Below are positions 23,940 through 35,988 of a stretch of DNA of 64,000 bases, piece after piece. The stretch's first letter is position 1. Each line of letters opens with the position of its first letter. A program made the translations under genes and the position numbers. The DNA is from Lytechinus pictus (Eukaryota), in contig NC_087258.1 in assembly GCF_037042905.1 (NCBI RefSeq), positions 25,854,001 through 25,918,000 of the forward strand. The letters run 5' to 3'. Below the pieces are notes generated by a model that saw only the letters and a program-made list of their open reading frames with translations, ran no database searches and was not told where the DNA came from.

Positions 23940-25067
23940 ATGCAGCCTTTCTTATTTGTGTCAATGATGATCATGCGTAACACCAGAAGTTTTGCAAATA
24001 GCGTAAACATTACAAGTACGGGTACCAACCCTGGTTTGGTAATTCCGACATACGATCCAGAAATTGTCTCCTTATATTATTGCCTTTTGGTGATGGCTCC
24101 TGTTTCAGTACTAGGAAATGGATTTACCTTCAGCGTCCTAAGCAGAGAGACGAGTGGTTTTGACGATGTTACGAAACAAATTCTGAAGTCATTTACGATA
24201 GCGAACATTGTCCTCGGGATCGGAGAAGCACTGGTATCGCAGGCACAGCTTCACCTCTCAACGGACGCGAAGAGAGACATTGTCTGCCTTTACCATGGCC
24301 CATTCCTTTATCTGTGTTTCTTTTTTATACTATCTTTAACTTGTCTCCTGAACGTCATTCGTTATATCACGGTCACAAGACCCCTAAGATATCACTTGAT
24401 AGTAACTGATCACAGAGTATCAGTGGCTATTGGAATAGCAATAGTGGAATCCCTACTTCTAACCACAATCATAGCACCATTTCCAGGAACTCCCGCGGAA
24501 CAGTTTCACAGACACTTGTGCTCGCAGGACGAAGAAAAAGTAAAAGGCAGTTACTATCTCATGTTCTTGATTGCCTACGTGATCCTAGTGGCTGGTATAA
24601 CAATAACCTCGACAGTCAGGTTGTTGTGTATTTCCAGAAGGCAGTCGAAAGCCATTGCAGGTTTTCAAGAACACACCTTTAAAGGAGCCTCCAGTAGTTC
24701 AGGAGAGACCCATGTCACCCACCAGAGCCTTCAGACCGTCAACACATCGGCTGCTAATTCCAAATCGGATGGGAGTGACAGAGTGGCTGCAATCACGAAG
24801 AGACAGCATTCTCGTAATAGGAGAGCCTTCTTGACCATATTTATATTGAACATTGTGGTCATTGTCTCATGGATCCCTCTGACTATCTTCTACAGCCTTG
24901 CCTTTAGCGGTGTCAAGGTGTCACCAATCTTGAAGTGCGTTATGATGATATCCATCATGTCAACAACTTGCTGGCATTGGCTCGTTTATATCACAACTAA
25001 CAAGTTGTTTCGTGAAACAGCCTTGGCTATCCTTCAGAAATTCTGGGCCAGATTATCCCAGCGCTAG
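23940..25067 (+). CDS. Orphan class-A GPCR, paralog 2; single-exon CDS
   Basis: Seven TM segments, IRYITVTRPLRY, SWIP and CWHWLVY. Clearly paralogous to 21545-22729. Confidence 0.88.
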   Translation: MQPFLFVSMMIMRNTRSFANSVNITSTGTNPGLVIPTYDPEIVSLYYCLLVMAPVSVLGNGFTFSVLSRETSGFDDVTKQILKSFTIANIVLGIGEALVSQAQLHLSTDAKRDIVCLYHGPFLYLCFFFILSLTCLLNVIRYITVTRPLRYHLIVTDHRVSVAIGIAIVESLLLTTIIAPFPGTPAEQFHRHLCSQDEEKVKGSYYLMFLIAYVILVAGITITSTVRLLCISRRQSKAIAGFQEHTFKGASSSSGETHVTHQSLQTVNTSAANSKSDGSDRVAAITKRQHSRNRRAFLTIFILNIVVIVSWIPLTIFYSLAFSGVKVSPILKCVMMISIMSTTCWHWLVYITTNKLFRETALAILQKFWARLSQR

Positions 25068-25760
25068 GGAGCTCATTTCTCGTTCTGATAATTCATTCTT
25101 TCTTCCTTCATTTCTTCTACCCTTTCTTCCTTCCTATATTTTTCTTTTCTGTCTTTCTTGTTTTTTTATTTCTTTCTTTCAATTTTTCTTTCTTTCATCT
25201 TGAAATGTTTAAAGTAGTAATATGTAATGAATATTTAGCCACATCAAAATGGACATTTATCTCTATAAAGACCGATATAATCGCCTAGTTTGTTCAAATC
25301 TAGATAAAAAAAAGAAGAAGAAGTTTCGTGTTCCCGAATGTTGACTAATGATTGTTACTGGTTTGACGGTCATTAGTCGTGTTTATACTGAGGATCCAAA
25401 TTCGAGGTCATTCCGGTTGATTCGAAGGGATGTCAGTCCCCTCGAATTCAGCACACGGCTTATACTGACAAGCATACGCCGACTTTTTTTGCCCGTCAAG
25501 GTAGAAAGAGTGTGTTTATATAGAAACCTCTCGAATTAGCGCCATGTTCATTCGGATAATCCAAAGTCAAATTCATGCTGGCGGATTCGATAGCTTCTTA
25601 TAATAACACAACCTACCTTGAAAGGTGGATTAGATAGCTGGAATATGCTGCTGGCATGCACCGTGTCCACCCGGAGGTTTCGCATTTCGAGATACACTCA
25701 AGTCCGCTGAAATGAGCTCGAATTCCCATCTTCATCGACATCCGAGTGATTTATATATAA

Positions 25761-26624
25761 CATAGGCGGATCCAGCTTTTTGCGAAAGGGGGGGGGGGGG
25801 CGCACTGCGGAGCGGCGCACAAATTTTTGCACTTCACCGGCGCCATAAAAGAATAAGGTGTATATATATATATATATATATATACATATCTATATGACTC
25901 ATGAGATAGAGACACATATCTCACCAACAAATTAATGCGAGCGCGAAGCGCGAGCTGAAATTTTTATAGTATACTGACCTGAAAAAAGGAAAAAAAGGTG
26001 TCTGTTTAGGGCTGTTTGTAGTAACTCATGAGGATACATATCTCACTACACAGATAATGCGAGTGCCGAGGGCGAGCTAAAATTTCTTTATATTCTGACC
26101 AGAAAGGTTTATATTCTAAGCATTTTGGTACCAATGATTAAGATGGGTATCTAAAAAAAACAATAGATGCGAGCGCGAAGCGCGAGCTTAAAATTTTGAT
26201 ATTTCGATCTGAAAAAATGACAGTTTAATGGACGTTTTTAATAGAGAACAAGATTATATCCAACAAAAGATTATTGCAAATCGAAGCGGGAGTTCTTCTG
26301 ATTAGAACTGAAAACGGGACATTCTATTCACATATATTTTATGATGAAAAGTATGGGGTTTTGCTACAGAAATGATGTGAGCGCGAAGCGCGAGCTAAAA
26401 ACTTTTATATTCCAATCTTAAAAGCGGACAATTTGCATGATTTTAAATAAAGAACGAGTTGTGTAGCTCGATCTCACTTGCTGATTTCTGTGTAACATTA
26501 CCATCTTATTTTATTTTTGCACATGCGGAACTATTGGGGGAGGGCAAAACGATATGTTTGCCCCCCAAACCCAATATTTTCATTGGTGGGGCGATCGCCC
26601 CTGTCCCCCGGATCGACGCCACTG
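25761..26624. mobile_element. Non-autonomous hAT-like element with periodic GCGAGCGCGAAGCGCGAGC motifs
   Basis: Termini CATAGGCGGATCC ... GGATCGACGCCACTG. The internal motif recurs about every 110-125 bp. TSD is not clean. Confidence 0.65.
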
Positions 26625-27439
26625 CATATACAATGATACTACAAGTCATCATGAAATATTTGTAATACATCACCAATCCAGGTTTATATATTATCATTCA
26701 ATTTTCATGTACATGATGTTTAGGCCTATATACAGACTTATATATTGTGATGCTTTTCATCAAATCTAATGCAATTTGTAATGATGAGTAATTTGTATCT
26801 AATTACTTTGATGAACCTGGATATAATGCTTATGAGCTGAATTCAGAAAGAGATCTTTCAAGACAGAGCTTTGGAAAAAGTTCTCCAGTTTTATAGGTAT
26901 CGTTATTTTTGTTTCAAACTTCTTCCTGAGTGATCAGATGAATAATATTTAACTTAATGGAAGATGAAAATAAATCAAATTTTGTGGCGTAAACATTTAA
27001 ACGTTAAAACAAAGGTATTGACAAACTGTATTTTTACATTGAAAATGATGTTTAGTGGTTTAAGGTCTAACTAATATACGTCTGCATGGTTGCGTAATTA
27101 GACACTCCCAGTATAAGCAACGTTTTAGACTAAAATATCGAATCATCTTCATAAAACACTAGAGTAGCTGTCTTACACTAAAGGCCATAGAGGTGGCACA
27201 ATGTGGAATGTGTAAAGAAAAAAAGTGACTGACCTTTTTTTACTAAAGCATTGGAAAATAAGATCAAAATTAAAGGATTTGCTCTACATTTTTGTATGAT
27301 TCTGGGATTTCTTAATATAACAAATTAAAGATTTCATGACATCTGTGGGCAACTGTCCCGCCCCAGTCCACTCTGTAAGGGCATGCGATAAGCTTTGTTA
27401 TTCGTTATGACCATTTAACAATAAAATGTATAACCAGCT

Positions 27440-28100
27440 AGGTGCCGCTGATCATTCTTGACCGGCGCCGATCTAGATTTGGTTGGCAATAGGCCCTTCT
27501 TCATTATTCTACCGGCGCCTATTTATTGGAACCAGGGGACGCTGATCATTCTTGACCGGCGCCGATTTAAATTTAGGTGGCGCCGGTTAAGACAAAGGCA
27601 GCGCCGATTTGTCTTGACCGGCGCCGATTTAAACAAGTAGTGCTGATTATTTTTACAGACGTCACGTAAGATTCAGGCAGCGGCAATTCATAATCGACTG
27701 GCGCCGATTTAGAACCAGGAGGCGCCGATTATTCTTGACTGGCGCCGATTTGGATTTAGGTGGAGCTGATTATCCTTGATCGGCGCCGGTTAAGAACTCA
27801 GGCAGCGTCGATTTTTCTTTACCGGCGCCGATTTATAACCAGATGGCGCCGATTATTCTTGTCCGGCGCCGATTTAGATTTAGGTGGCGCTGATTATCCT
27901 TGATTGGTGCCGGCCGGTTAAGACTCTGGCAGTGCCGATTTTTCTTGACTGGCGCCGATTTATAACCAAATAGCGCTGATAATTCTTGCCCGGCGCCAAT
28001 TTCGATTTAGTTGGCGCTGATTATCCTTGATTGGCGCCGGTTCTGGCAGTGTCGATTTTTCTTGACTTGCGCCGATTTATAACCAGATGACGCCGATTAT
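27440..28100. repeat. Minisatellite of ~20-21-bp GGCGCCGATT subunits with a ~125-bp higher-order period
   Basis: GGCGCCGATTTA(T/G)AACCA recurs near 27700, 27823, 27951 and 28068, with six subunits per period. Confidence 0.85.
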
Positions 28101-28512
28101 TATTATTATTTTTTTTTTTTGAGCGGCGCCGCTCAAATATTAGGGGGGGCGCGCGCCCCCTGCGCCACCCCCTGGATCCGCCGATGTATAAATACAGAGT
28201 AATAAAACCACCTTGCACTTTCATCTCGGTCTGTGCCAATTGGTAAACGTTGGCACCAATCACAACATTGAGTTTTATTTATGCGCTTATGGTTTGGACT
28301 CGAAAGGTATTGTGGTTTTCAATTAGGGTGCTGCAAGGCGAAAATTGTTTTGGGTTCAAAGAGAAAAAAAGTGATTATCGGTTTATTAGCTCGGAAGCAT
28401 AATATTTAGTCAACGTGTTTTTCAACTGGGGTGCCCGAAAGCGCAATTTTTTGTAAGTTTAACTAGAAAAAGGTGTGATTAAACGGTTTATTAGCTAAAC
28501 ATAATATTAATA

Positions 28513-28672
28513 CCTTGGTCACATTTGATCTACGGCGATCGTACGGCGAGTCAAAAACAGCCGTTTTATTAATTTTAATTCAAACCACCTATATGTAGTT
28601 GGTACACAAAATGTTAAAACGGCTGTTTTCGACTGGCCGTACGGCCGCCGTAGAACAAATGTGACCAAGGTA
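28513..28672. mobile_element. Palindromic MITE (same family as 33286-33447)
   Basis: TACCTTGGTCACATTTG.TCTACGGCG ... CGCCGTAGAACAAATGTGACCAAGGTA. Confidence 0.85.
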
Positions 28673-28958
28673 TACGTCATATACGTTCTAAGGGGATATT
28701 CCCGACCTTTAGTTCGAGAACGCGAACGCTTATTTACAACGGTAGTTGATTTTGGAAGAGACTTTTGGGCCCGTCGTCATGGTCGTAAAACTCTGTCCTG
28801 CAATGCAAATTGTGTGACATGATGTTTTTTTTCGTTTTGCATCTGGAACGGAAACATTCAATCTGCGTTCCGTGTGCAACATTCTGGTTGCTACTATGGT
28901 AACAGCGATATATCCGATTTAGAGCCACATTTGATTCCGCCCAGAGCTCGAGAGGCCG

Positions 28959-29260
28959 CCCGGGGGGCCCACTTCCATTGAAGAGTGGATACCAGGCGCG
29001 ACCTCGCGTAAAAAGGGAAAGAGTGGTCAAGTACGTTACGTATAGGCCTATGTAACGTTATAAGGGTGTCGAAAAACGATGTTTAAAATACTGAAAAGGG
29101 GGATATATTTCCAAAACTTGTATGGTTTTACAAGCTAAATGCTTGTTAAGAGATGCATTTTCATAATCTGGAAAAGACTTGCTTCCCTTGTTTAGGGTGA
29201 TTTTCGAAACCCCATGGTCGCGCCTGGTATCCACTTATCAATGGAAGTGGTCCCCCCGGG
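28959..29260. mobile_element. MITE with CCCGGGGGG termini
   Basis: About 45-bp TIRs: CCCGGGGGGCCCACTTCCATTGAAGAGTGGATACCAGGCGCGACC / GGTCGCGCCTGGTATCCACTTATCAATGGAAGTGGTCCCCCCGGG. Confidence 0.85.
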
Positions 29261-29715
29261 AATTTGAATCTAATCCCCCATATCTGGGGAAAGTAAAACG
29301 TAATGCCCATTACATTGTGTGCTAGAGGCATATCGTTTGTGTAGAAGGAGTGAAAAAAGAAAAAAACCCGCAAAATCGACTGAAGTTCAGACGAATTTGG
29401 CATACTGCATGCTGTGTACATATCAACGCATGCGAAATGTTTCGGCTGGAGAGGTGATCTGACCCATGGAATCAATTGCCAGTGATCCACCAATAATCCA
29501 CATTAAATGCAAAATCGATTCGATGGACTGTAATGATCTATATCTAAGCCTCAATTCAGTAACTTTTCCTCACTCAATACGTACTCGATTTGTTTGAAAA
29601 CCACTTTCTTATCCATATGTCATAATCTATACGATGATGACTATCAGTCGTAATACGTGCATGTATGGTGCAGGTGTCGCAGGAAAGAATTTTGCACACG
29701 AAAAGCAGATCTGTA

Positions 29716-29857
29716 GGGCCTGTAACCCCCCTGTAACACAAAGCTTAGCATTGATTGTAGAGCAGTTTTCTACGTTTGATTCAATAATTTATAATGTACA
29801 ATCAATCTTAAAAATCAAGTGTATGATTAAGCGTCAACTTTTGTGTTAGAGGACCCT
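29716..29857. mobile_element. Short degraded MITE
   Basis: TAACACAAAGCTTAGCATTGAT ... ATTAAGCGTCAACTTTTGTGTTA imperfect inverted ends. Confidence 0.45.
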
Positions 29858-30539
29858 AATATTAGCGTCCGTGAGGTTTGCGAAAGGTCCCAATTGTGTC
29901 CTTCTCGTATACCGCGGCCATTATTTGGAATCTACTCCCCCGGTCACTTCGCTGTCCTAGTCCTACAGTAGGGCCTACATGCCATCGTTAAAGAAATAAA
30001 TGTTTTGTATATTACACACATCTTGATCTTGTTTTTCATCACTCATTGATCTAATTGGTTTCCTGTTGGGGACTAGTGTCTTCAGTTGTTAGAGCTCCTG
30101 TAATGAAACATGTTAGAATGGTTAGTATTGATTCGACCTGACTTGTCTCTTAAATTGTTGGTGAATGCAGCAGCAATCAGGAGGGCACCGGATGCCACCA
30201 GGAGGTAGCTAGGAATTCTGCCAGTGTTTAAAAACTGTACATAACTAGCAAACGCTTCTAACCTTTTCATCATGATATTTAGGATTAATTTTTAGATTTT
30301 GTATAATTTGAAGCTTTGCAGGAGAACTATTGCTGGGCAAGCACCATGAATGTCTTTAAACGATGTGTGTGTGCTTTGTAAATCCGCATCATTTATATTG
30401 TTTATTAGTATTATCGTTATCATTGATTTGGTAATTTGAAATCTAATACCAACATTTCTTAACACTAATGTGTGATGTGATTAAGAAATTATTGTCAAGG
30501 GATTTGAGGGATCTGAAATGTGGGATGTTACAACATTCG

Positions 30540-30725
30540 ACTTAACAAAACGCTCCTGATAGTGTGTTTTAATATTGAGTTTTGTCAAACGTGTATCAAT
30601 CAGATATGATGATCTACGTCTGGGACCGACCTTTAACTTCACCATCCGAAAGGCGTGACCAGAGCTCGAACCGCTAACCTCTGCATTTGTAACTTTCCCA
30701 CATAACTTGGATTACAGGGGCACGC
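30540..30725 (-). mobile_element. tRNA-derived SINE fragment with a Deu/Nin-like core
   Basis: The minus strand reads B box GGTTCGAGCTC, then CCTTTCGGATGGTGAAGTTAAAGGTCGGTCCC, which resembles the Deu/Nin domain as recalled. Confidence 0.6.
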
Positions 30726-32446
30726 TACAACATCAACCTAATACCATTTTATTAATTTACAGCTTGATCGAGAATTGTGTTTATTTGGAATTATATCATT
30801 TATTCCTTGTGCTTTTAATACCATTCTATTAATTTCTCGCTTTCATATATATATAAAATGATAATGAATATTAAATAACCTAATTTTAATCTACCTTTTT
30901 ATGAAAAACAATCAATGTGAGAAATTCCATCAGAAGTGGTCGTTATTTTTAAATTATTTCATGAAGTAGGCATCACTAGTACTCTTTATATAAAATAGTG
31001 TGCGTTATGTGGACAAGATGTAAAAAGAATGAATGTATGTAAAATATTGTATGTAAAAGAGTTATGTAAAATAATTAGATTCGTTATTGTTTTGTTTATA
31101 TTATGAAATAAAGGTTCTTTTTTATTCTCTGGAATAAAAAGGAAAAAAAAAACCCTTATACCATTTGTATCTTGGCTCATTACTCTGATGACTGATAGTT
31201 GTTTAAACTTTTTCCTAACAAGAATTGAATAACATATATGCCCCATGCTTGGCTTTTGTGTTTTTCAGAACATTTCGTTTTAAAAGGCCGGGTATATGGA
31301 ACGAATTATCTAATGGCACAAACGTTTTACTTTTATGTTTATAAAACGTATATTGAAACTAAAAAAACTCTCCAATTATCTTTGGATGTGCCAGACTGAC
31401 TATTCTAGAAGAAAGGAAAAGGGGTGTAATTTCAAGATGTTATCGTTTTCTAATTGTACACATGATGTCAATTTGTTTATACTGTTGTACGCTTTATATT
31501 TAACATACAGTTAGGTAGTATGGAATGGAACCGGCTTTGACTTATCAAATGGCTTTCCATATAGGGCCACATCAGCTACGCGTATCGTGATTATATTTCC
31601 TTGGTCAAGTACTGTATATGCTATATATAATCGTGATCAAGTCTGTTTATTCTATCATTCTTGGGTAATTATGTTTGCTTGATAGATGTTAAATAAATGA
31701 TTAATGATGAAAAGTAGATTGTATCGTGTTTTTTTCAAAACAAAATCGGTAGATAGACTTCAAATAAATTCTGGGACTATCTTATAAAACCTGTCATTAT
31801 AACACAATTTTTGTAGTGGTCTAAAGCTTCTGAAATCATTCCATTTGAATGGCTTATAGTAAACTAGTTAAAGAAATTGTGCATTTCTTTATCATAAAAA
31901 GGCCCATTATTTCATCTTGAAAATCTAACATTACCAAGTAATCAATATTACACGTCAGAAGTATTATTGTAACAATTTGGAACCCTAATTAAAATGCACT
32001 GGCACTTTGTGAATTACATTTTTGAATAGTTTTGAGCAAAAAAAAAAAGAAAAGGAAAACAAAATGAGGTTTAACTGATAATCTTTATTTCAAATTGAAT
32101 GAAACATGTAAAGTGAAAGAGGGAGAGAGAGAGAGAGAGAGAGAAGGACAGGGGATGCATGTATGCGCGTGAGTTATTATGTAGTGAATAGATGGAGCAA
32201 GAGAGGTGATGAGAGAGATGGAAAGAGGAAGAAAGCGTGAAGAAACTGTGATAGTGCGGTTCAAAATTTGACCCTTCTGAAAAAAAAAATTCAAGCATTA
32301 TTTAAGAATGTGACTCCCATGTTTTTGTAACATTCAATTAACATTATTATAGTGTATTTCTATTTGTTGTGTGTTTACAATATGGGGGCCGTTCCGCTAT
32401 ACATGTAGACTTCTGGTAAAATATCCATTATGATGATGTTGATGAT

Positions 32447-32562
32447 CAGTAGCGGCGGAAGCCAAACAATTTAGGGGGGACCACCAAAATTTTTGACAAG
32501 CAAAAAAAAAAAAGGTTATCAACCAAAATTTTAGGGGGGACCAACCAAAAATTTTGACAAGC

Positions 32563-32609
<47 letters not shown>

Positions 32610-32698
32610 TTATCAACTAAAAATTTAGGGGGGATCGTCCCCCCTCCTCAAATTTAGGGGGGGGGGGGGACAGGTCCCCCCCGCTTCCGCCGCCTATG
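32447..32698. mobile_element. hAT-like MITE
   Basis: CAGTAGCGGCGGAAGC ... GCTTCCGCCGCCTATG with a perfect 8-bp TSD, TTGATGAT. Confidence 0.85.
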
Positions 32699-33030
32699 TT
32701 GATGATCAACAGCATTTTTATAGCTCCATTTATCTGTGAAAAACATTCAAAGGCACCGATTCCTATAAATACAACACATTATACACACAGTTGTTTGAGA
32801 GAGATTTTCAGTTCAAATTGGATGGTTTCAAGGTTGTTGCAACCAGTTTGACATGTTTGAGGGATCACAATATTGTCGATATGAATGATTCTGGATATTG
32901 TCGATGATATATTCATTTCTCCTTCTAGATATTGTACAAAACGAAAGCACAGGATAAATTCCCAACACATGTAATTATATAATGACATTTATTGCTTTCT
33001 CTTAAGTTAATCGTACACCTCTTTTTACAG

Positions 33031-33183
33031 GTCTGTAAGCATTTTTAGAATATACGAACGTCTCTACGTTTATACATTCCAAGAGTGAAAGAGATTTTTC
33101 ACATCATGCACTGATCATGTTTATTGATGTTTATTAGGACATATCAGTACAGTTTGCAATTGCGGTAGACAAACATCGCTAAG
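33031..33183 (+). other. Putative non-coding 5'-UTR exon of the SLC45 gene
   Basis: Acceptor CTTTTTACAG at 33030 and donor AAG|GTAATG. A further acceptor GTTTCTAG lies near 33638, before the ATG. Confidence 0.35.
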
Positions 33184-33285
33184 GTAATGTTTTGGGTTAA
33201 TATTTAAACAAAGTGATTAGGCTGTCGAGGTAGAGACCTAGGAAGGTTTGTGTACAGAGTAAAGCTCCCATGTTTACGCACTAAT

Positions 33286-33447
33286 ACCTTGGTCACATTT
33301 GCTCTACGGCGGCCGTACGGCGAGTTGAAAACAGCCGTTTTATTCAATTTTATTCAAACCATCTATATTTAGCTGGTACAAAACAATGTTAAAACGACTG
33401 TTTTCGACTCGCCGTACGGCCGCCGTAGAACAAATGTGACCGAGGTA
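33286..33447. mobile_element. Palindromic MITE (Tourist/Harbinger-like)
   Basis: Near-perfect long inverted arms TACCTTGGTCACATTTG...CAAATGTGACCGAGGTA with TAA/TTA flanks. Confidence 0.85.
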
Positions 33448-33708
33448 TTAGACGCCTTTGATAAAAAGAAAGAACAGCATCCAATTGCTACAATACGTTT
33501 TACAGTCTTGTGCTTGAGTGGTAGTCAGTGTAACATCGTTTGGAAAAAAAATGATATCAAGTCACGTACCGCAGTATCAACGATTTTTCACAACCTTCAC
33601 AAAATGAGTAAAATTTGAGATGTATTTCTTGTTTCTAGCCGTGTTAGCGATAAACAATACCGAGACAAATATGACTAAGGAATTGAGCTAATTGGCAACG
33701 TCGCAGGT

Positions 33709-34087
33709 ATGGACGTAGACGAGCAACACCCTCATGGCTCCCAGTACCTGAGACGCAGAAAACCAAAGAAAACACTATGGCAACTACTGCGTCTCAACGC
33801 AGCTGTCTTCGGTGTAGCCTTCGGATATGCAGTTGCAACATCCCTCGCTACTCCTCTGCTCCTTTCCCTTGGTCTCTCGAACCAGTTGTTCGGGATTGGA
33901 TGGCTTGGAGGACCAGTCATGGGGTGCTTCATCTCCCCTATCATCATGGCTACCAGTGAGAGATGCAGGAGCAGTTGGGGACGCAGGAGACCGTTTCTTC
34001 TTGTTCTTGGTATGGGTCTCATCGTCGGGGTTGTCCTCTTCCTGAACGGAAGAGACATTGGATTCATCATCACTGACGACACACAAG
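33709..34087 (+). CDS. SLC45-family (MFS) sugar transporter, coding exon 1
   Basis: SERCRSSWGRRRPF motif, LFLNG, donor G|GTATG (phase 1). Confidence 0.92.
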
Positions 34088-34795
34088 GTATGCTGCATTA
34101 TATGGTCCAATTATTTCCCCCCCTAAAACCTGCTGATTCTTCCCCATGCTGAGTCGTCTACCATCGATTTGGCTTAACAGCTTATTCCCGATTTAGCGGT
34201 GTTACTAATTCTACAATATTTCATTTTACTTGAAAACTATCTTATTATTTGACTTTACTTACGGCTATATGAAGGGTCACTTCTTTGAACACTACAATAT
34301 ATACGATTTACATGTAGAGACAAATAATGTAGCGAGGGCATGTTCATATTTTTCTGGTCCGATACACTTTATCGGTTTGGAACTAACAGCTACATTGACA
34401 TCGGTCAAACCTACTCCAGACTGACGAAACATTTTACGTTATTTCCAATGATATCACACCGGCTGGTTTGGTGATGATTTCGTTACGTTGAATGTAGCAA
34501 TCATCTTATCAGACCACGATTTTCTTCCAAGGGTAATAAACAACTTAAGACACATTACGCATCCCTCATGTATGCATCTACCCAGGGAGCCGAAACCACT
34601 TTTAGGTGAAATTGTCATAGAAAGTCAAAAATCCTCGTGCAGTAGATCTTTCAAGAGGACCATCCTTTAGATGCTTATAGCAGACCCAAATAGATAAATC
34701 AAGACAAGTTTTCTTTATAATTATACTTTAAAGTTACAGTAAGCTTCTCTAGCTCCATGGATAATCGTTTCACCTTTTTAATCAATCGTCTACAG

Positions 34796-34948
34796 ACAGA
34801 TTGGCTTGTATTTTTCTGACTGTCTTTGGTCTTGTGCTCGTGGACTTCTGCAGCAACGCCAGTGACATACCATCAAAGGCCTACCTAGTCGACGTATGTA
34901 ACCAGGACGACGTCATCACAGGAATCAACATCCGAATAATCTTTTCAG
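34796..34948 (+). CDS. SLC45-family transporter, coding exon 2 (absent from the ORF track)
   Basis: Bounded by tacAG| and |GTATAC. Encodes DRLACIFLTVFGLVLVDFCSNASDIPSKAYLVDVCNQDDVITGINIRIIFS. Confidence 0.92.
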
Positions 34949-35747
34949 GTATACATTATATAAACTCTTAACATGCATAAAGGAATCAAATGTAGTCTAA
35001 ATGATCAAATCTTTAATCTGATTTTACTTTATGCAACATGCAAGATTCTAATTCTGTTGTACATGCACTAAACATGGCAATGATCATTTTATAAGCAAAT
35101 GAGGGTCGGGTTTACTTCTGATTGCTTCAACATTGATCTCCTTTAGCACTTTCTTCTGTTCTGCTTCCTGTTCTCCCTATGTATCACTGTCTTCAATATA
35201 AAACAGGAATAGTAGCAGCTAAACGCGATTGTCAATTGGTAACTTAAGCACACAAAGAATCAAAATGATTAATATACCTTAAACTTATGGCTGAAGAATT
35301 ATAGTGGTTCACACATCAAGGCGAACTGTACAATTTTTCTTATGAGTCATTCAATAAAATGTTCTAATGTTCGTATTAAATTATTCGAGTATTTACATCG
35401 AATACATAGGAACGACGCATGTAAAAAAGACTGCTCTCATGAGACCATAAAGATAGAGGATTAATTTATTGTGTTGTTCATCATGATGGTGTTCAAACAA
35501 CTTAGAGCCTATTTCTACAGGGAATTTCATGTCAAATAATAGGCTGTCCATAGTTTAATTATCGAAATATTTACCTCTTTTTGGTGTATGACCCGAAACA
35601 GTGTAGGTTTGGTTACAGACGTACAGTAAAACCATGGAGATATTTGTAAACAAGAACCTTACATAATGTTTGCCTAAGGTCTCAATCTCTCGTACAGTTA
35701 TATTTTAGGTATAAGGGCGTTTTGATTTTTAGCCGGCTCTCAGTCTA

Positions 35748-35930
35748 CACTCTAAAAACATTCAATACAATTTTACCCAATATTGGGTAGAAAAGGAACA
35801 TGCATGTTTGCTGGGTATTTTTTTTACCCCAATATTGTGCTTTTTCTACACAACATTGCAGCATCTTTTTACCCAACCAACATGCATGTTCCCATTTTAC
35901 CCACTATTGGGTAAACCTTTTTTTAGAGCG
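35748..35930. mobile_element. CACTA-like MITE in an SLC45 intron
   Basis: TA|CACTCTAAAAA ... TTTTTAGAGCG|TA, internally palindromic. Relative at about 54876-55071. Confidence 0.8.
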
Positions 35931-35988
35931 TATATGAAACATATTTTCTCTCTGAATATTTACAAGCACGTCTTTCCTCCCATTTCAG

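Noticed and set aside
25330-25750. CpG-containing unique segment with a minus-strand donor-like AAG|GTAGG near 25617
   Set aside because: No recognisable product, RNA motif or partner exon, so no feature can be supported.
35808-35988. N-terminal extension of the 396-aa ORF (likewise 38336-38704 and the read-through tails of the SLC45 exon ORFs)
   Set aside because: Intronic or MITE sequence. SLC45 similarity starts and stops at canonical splice sites.
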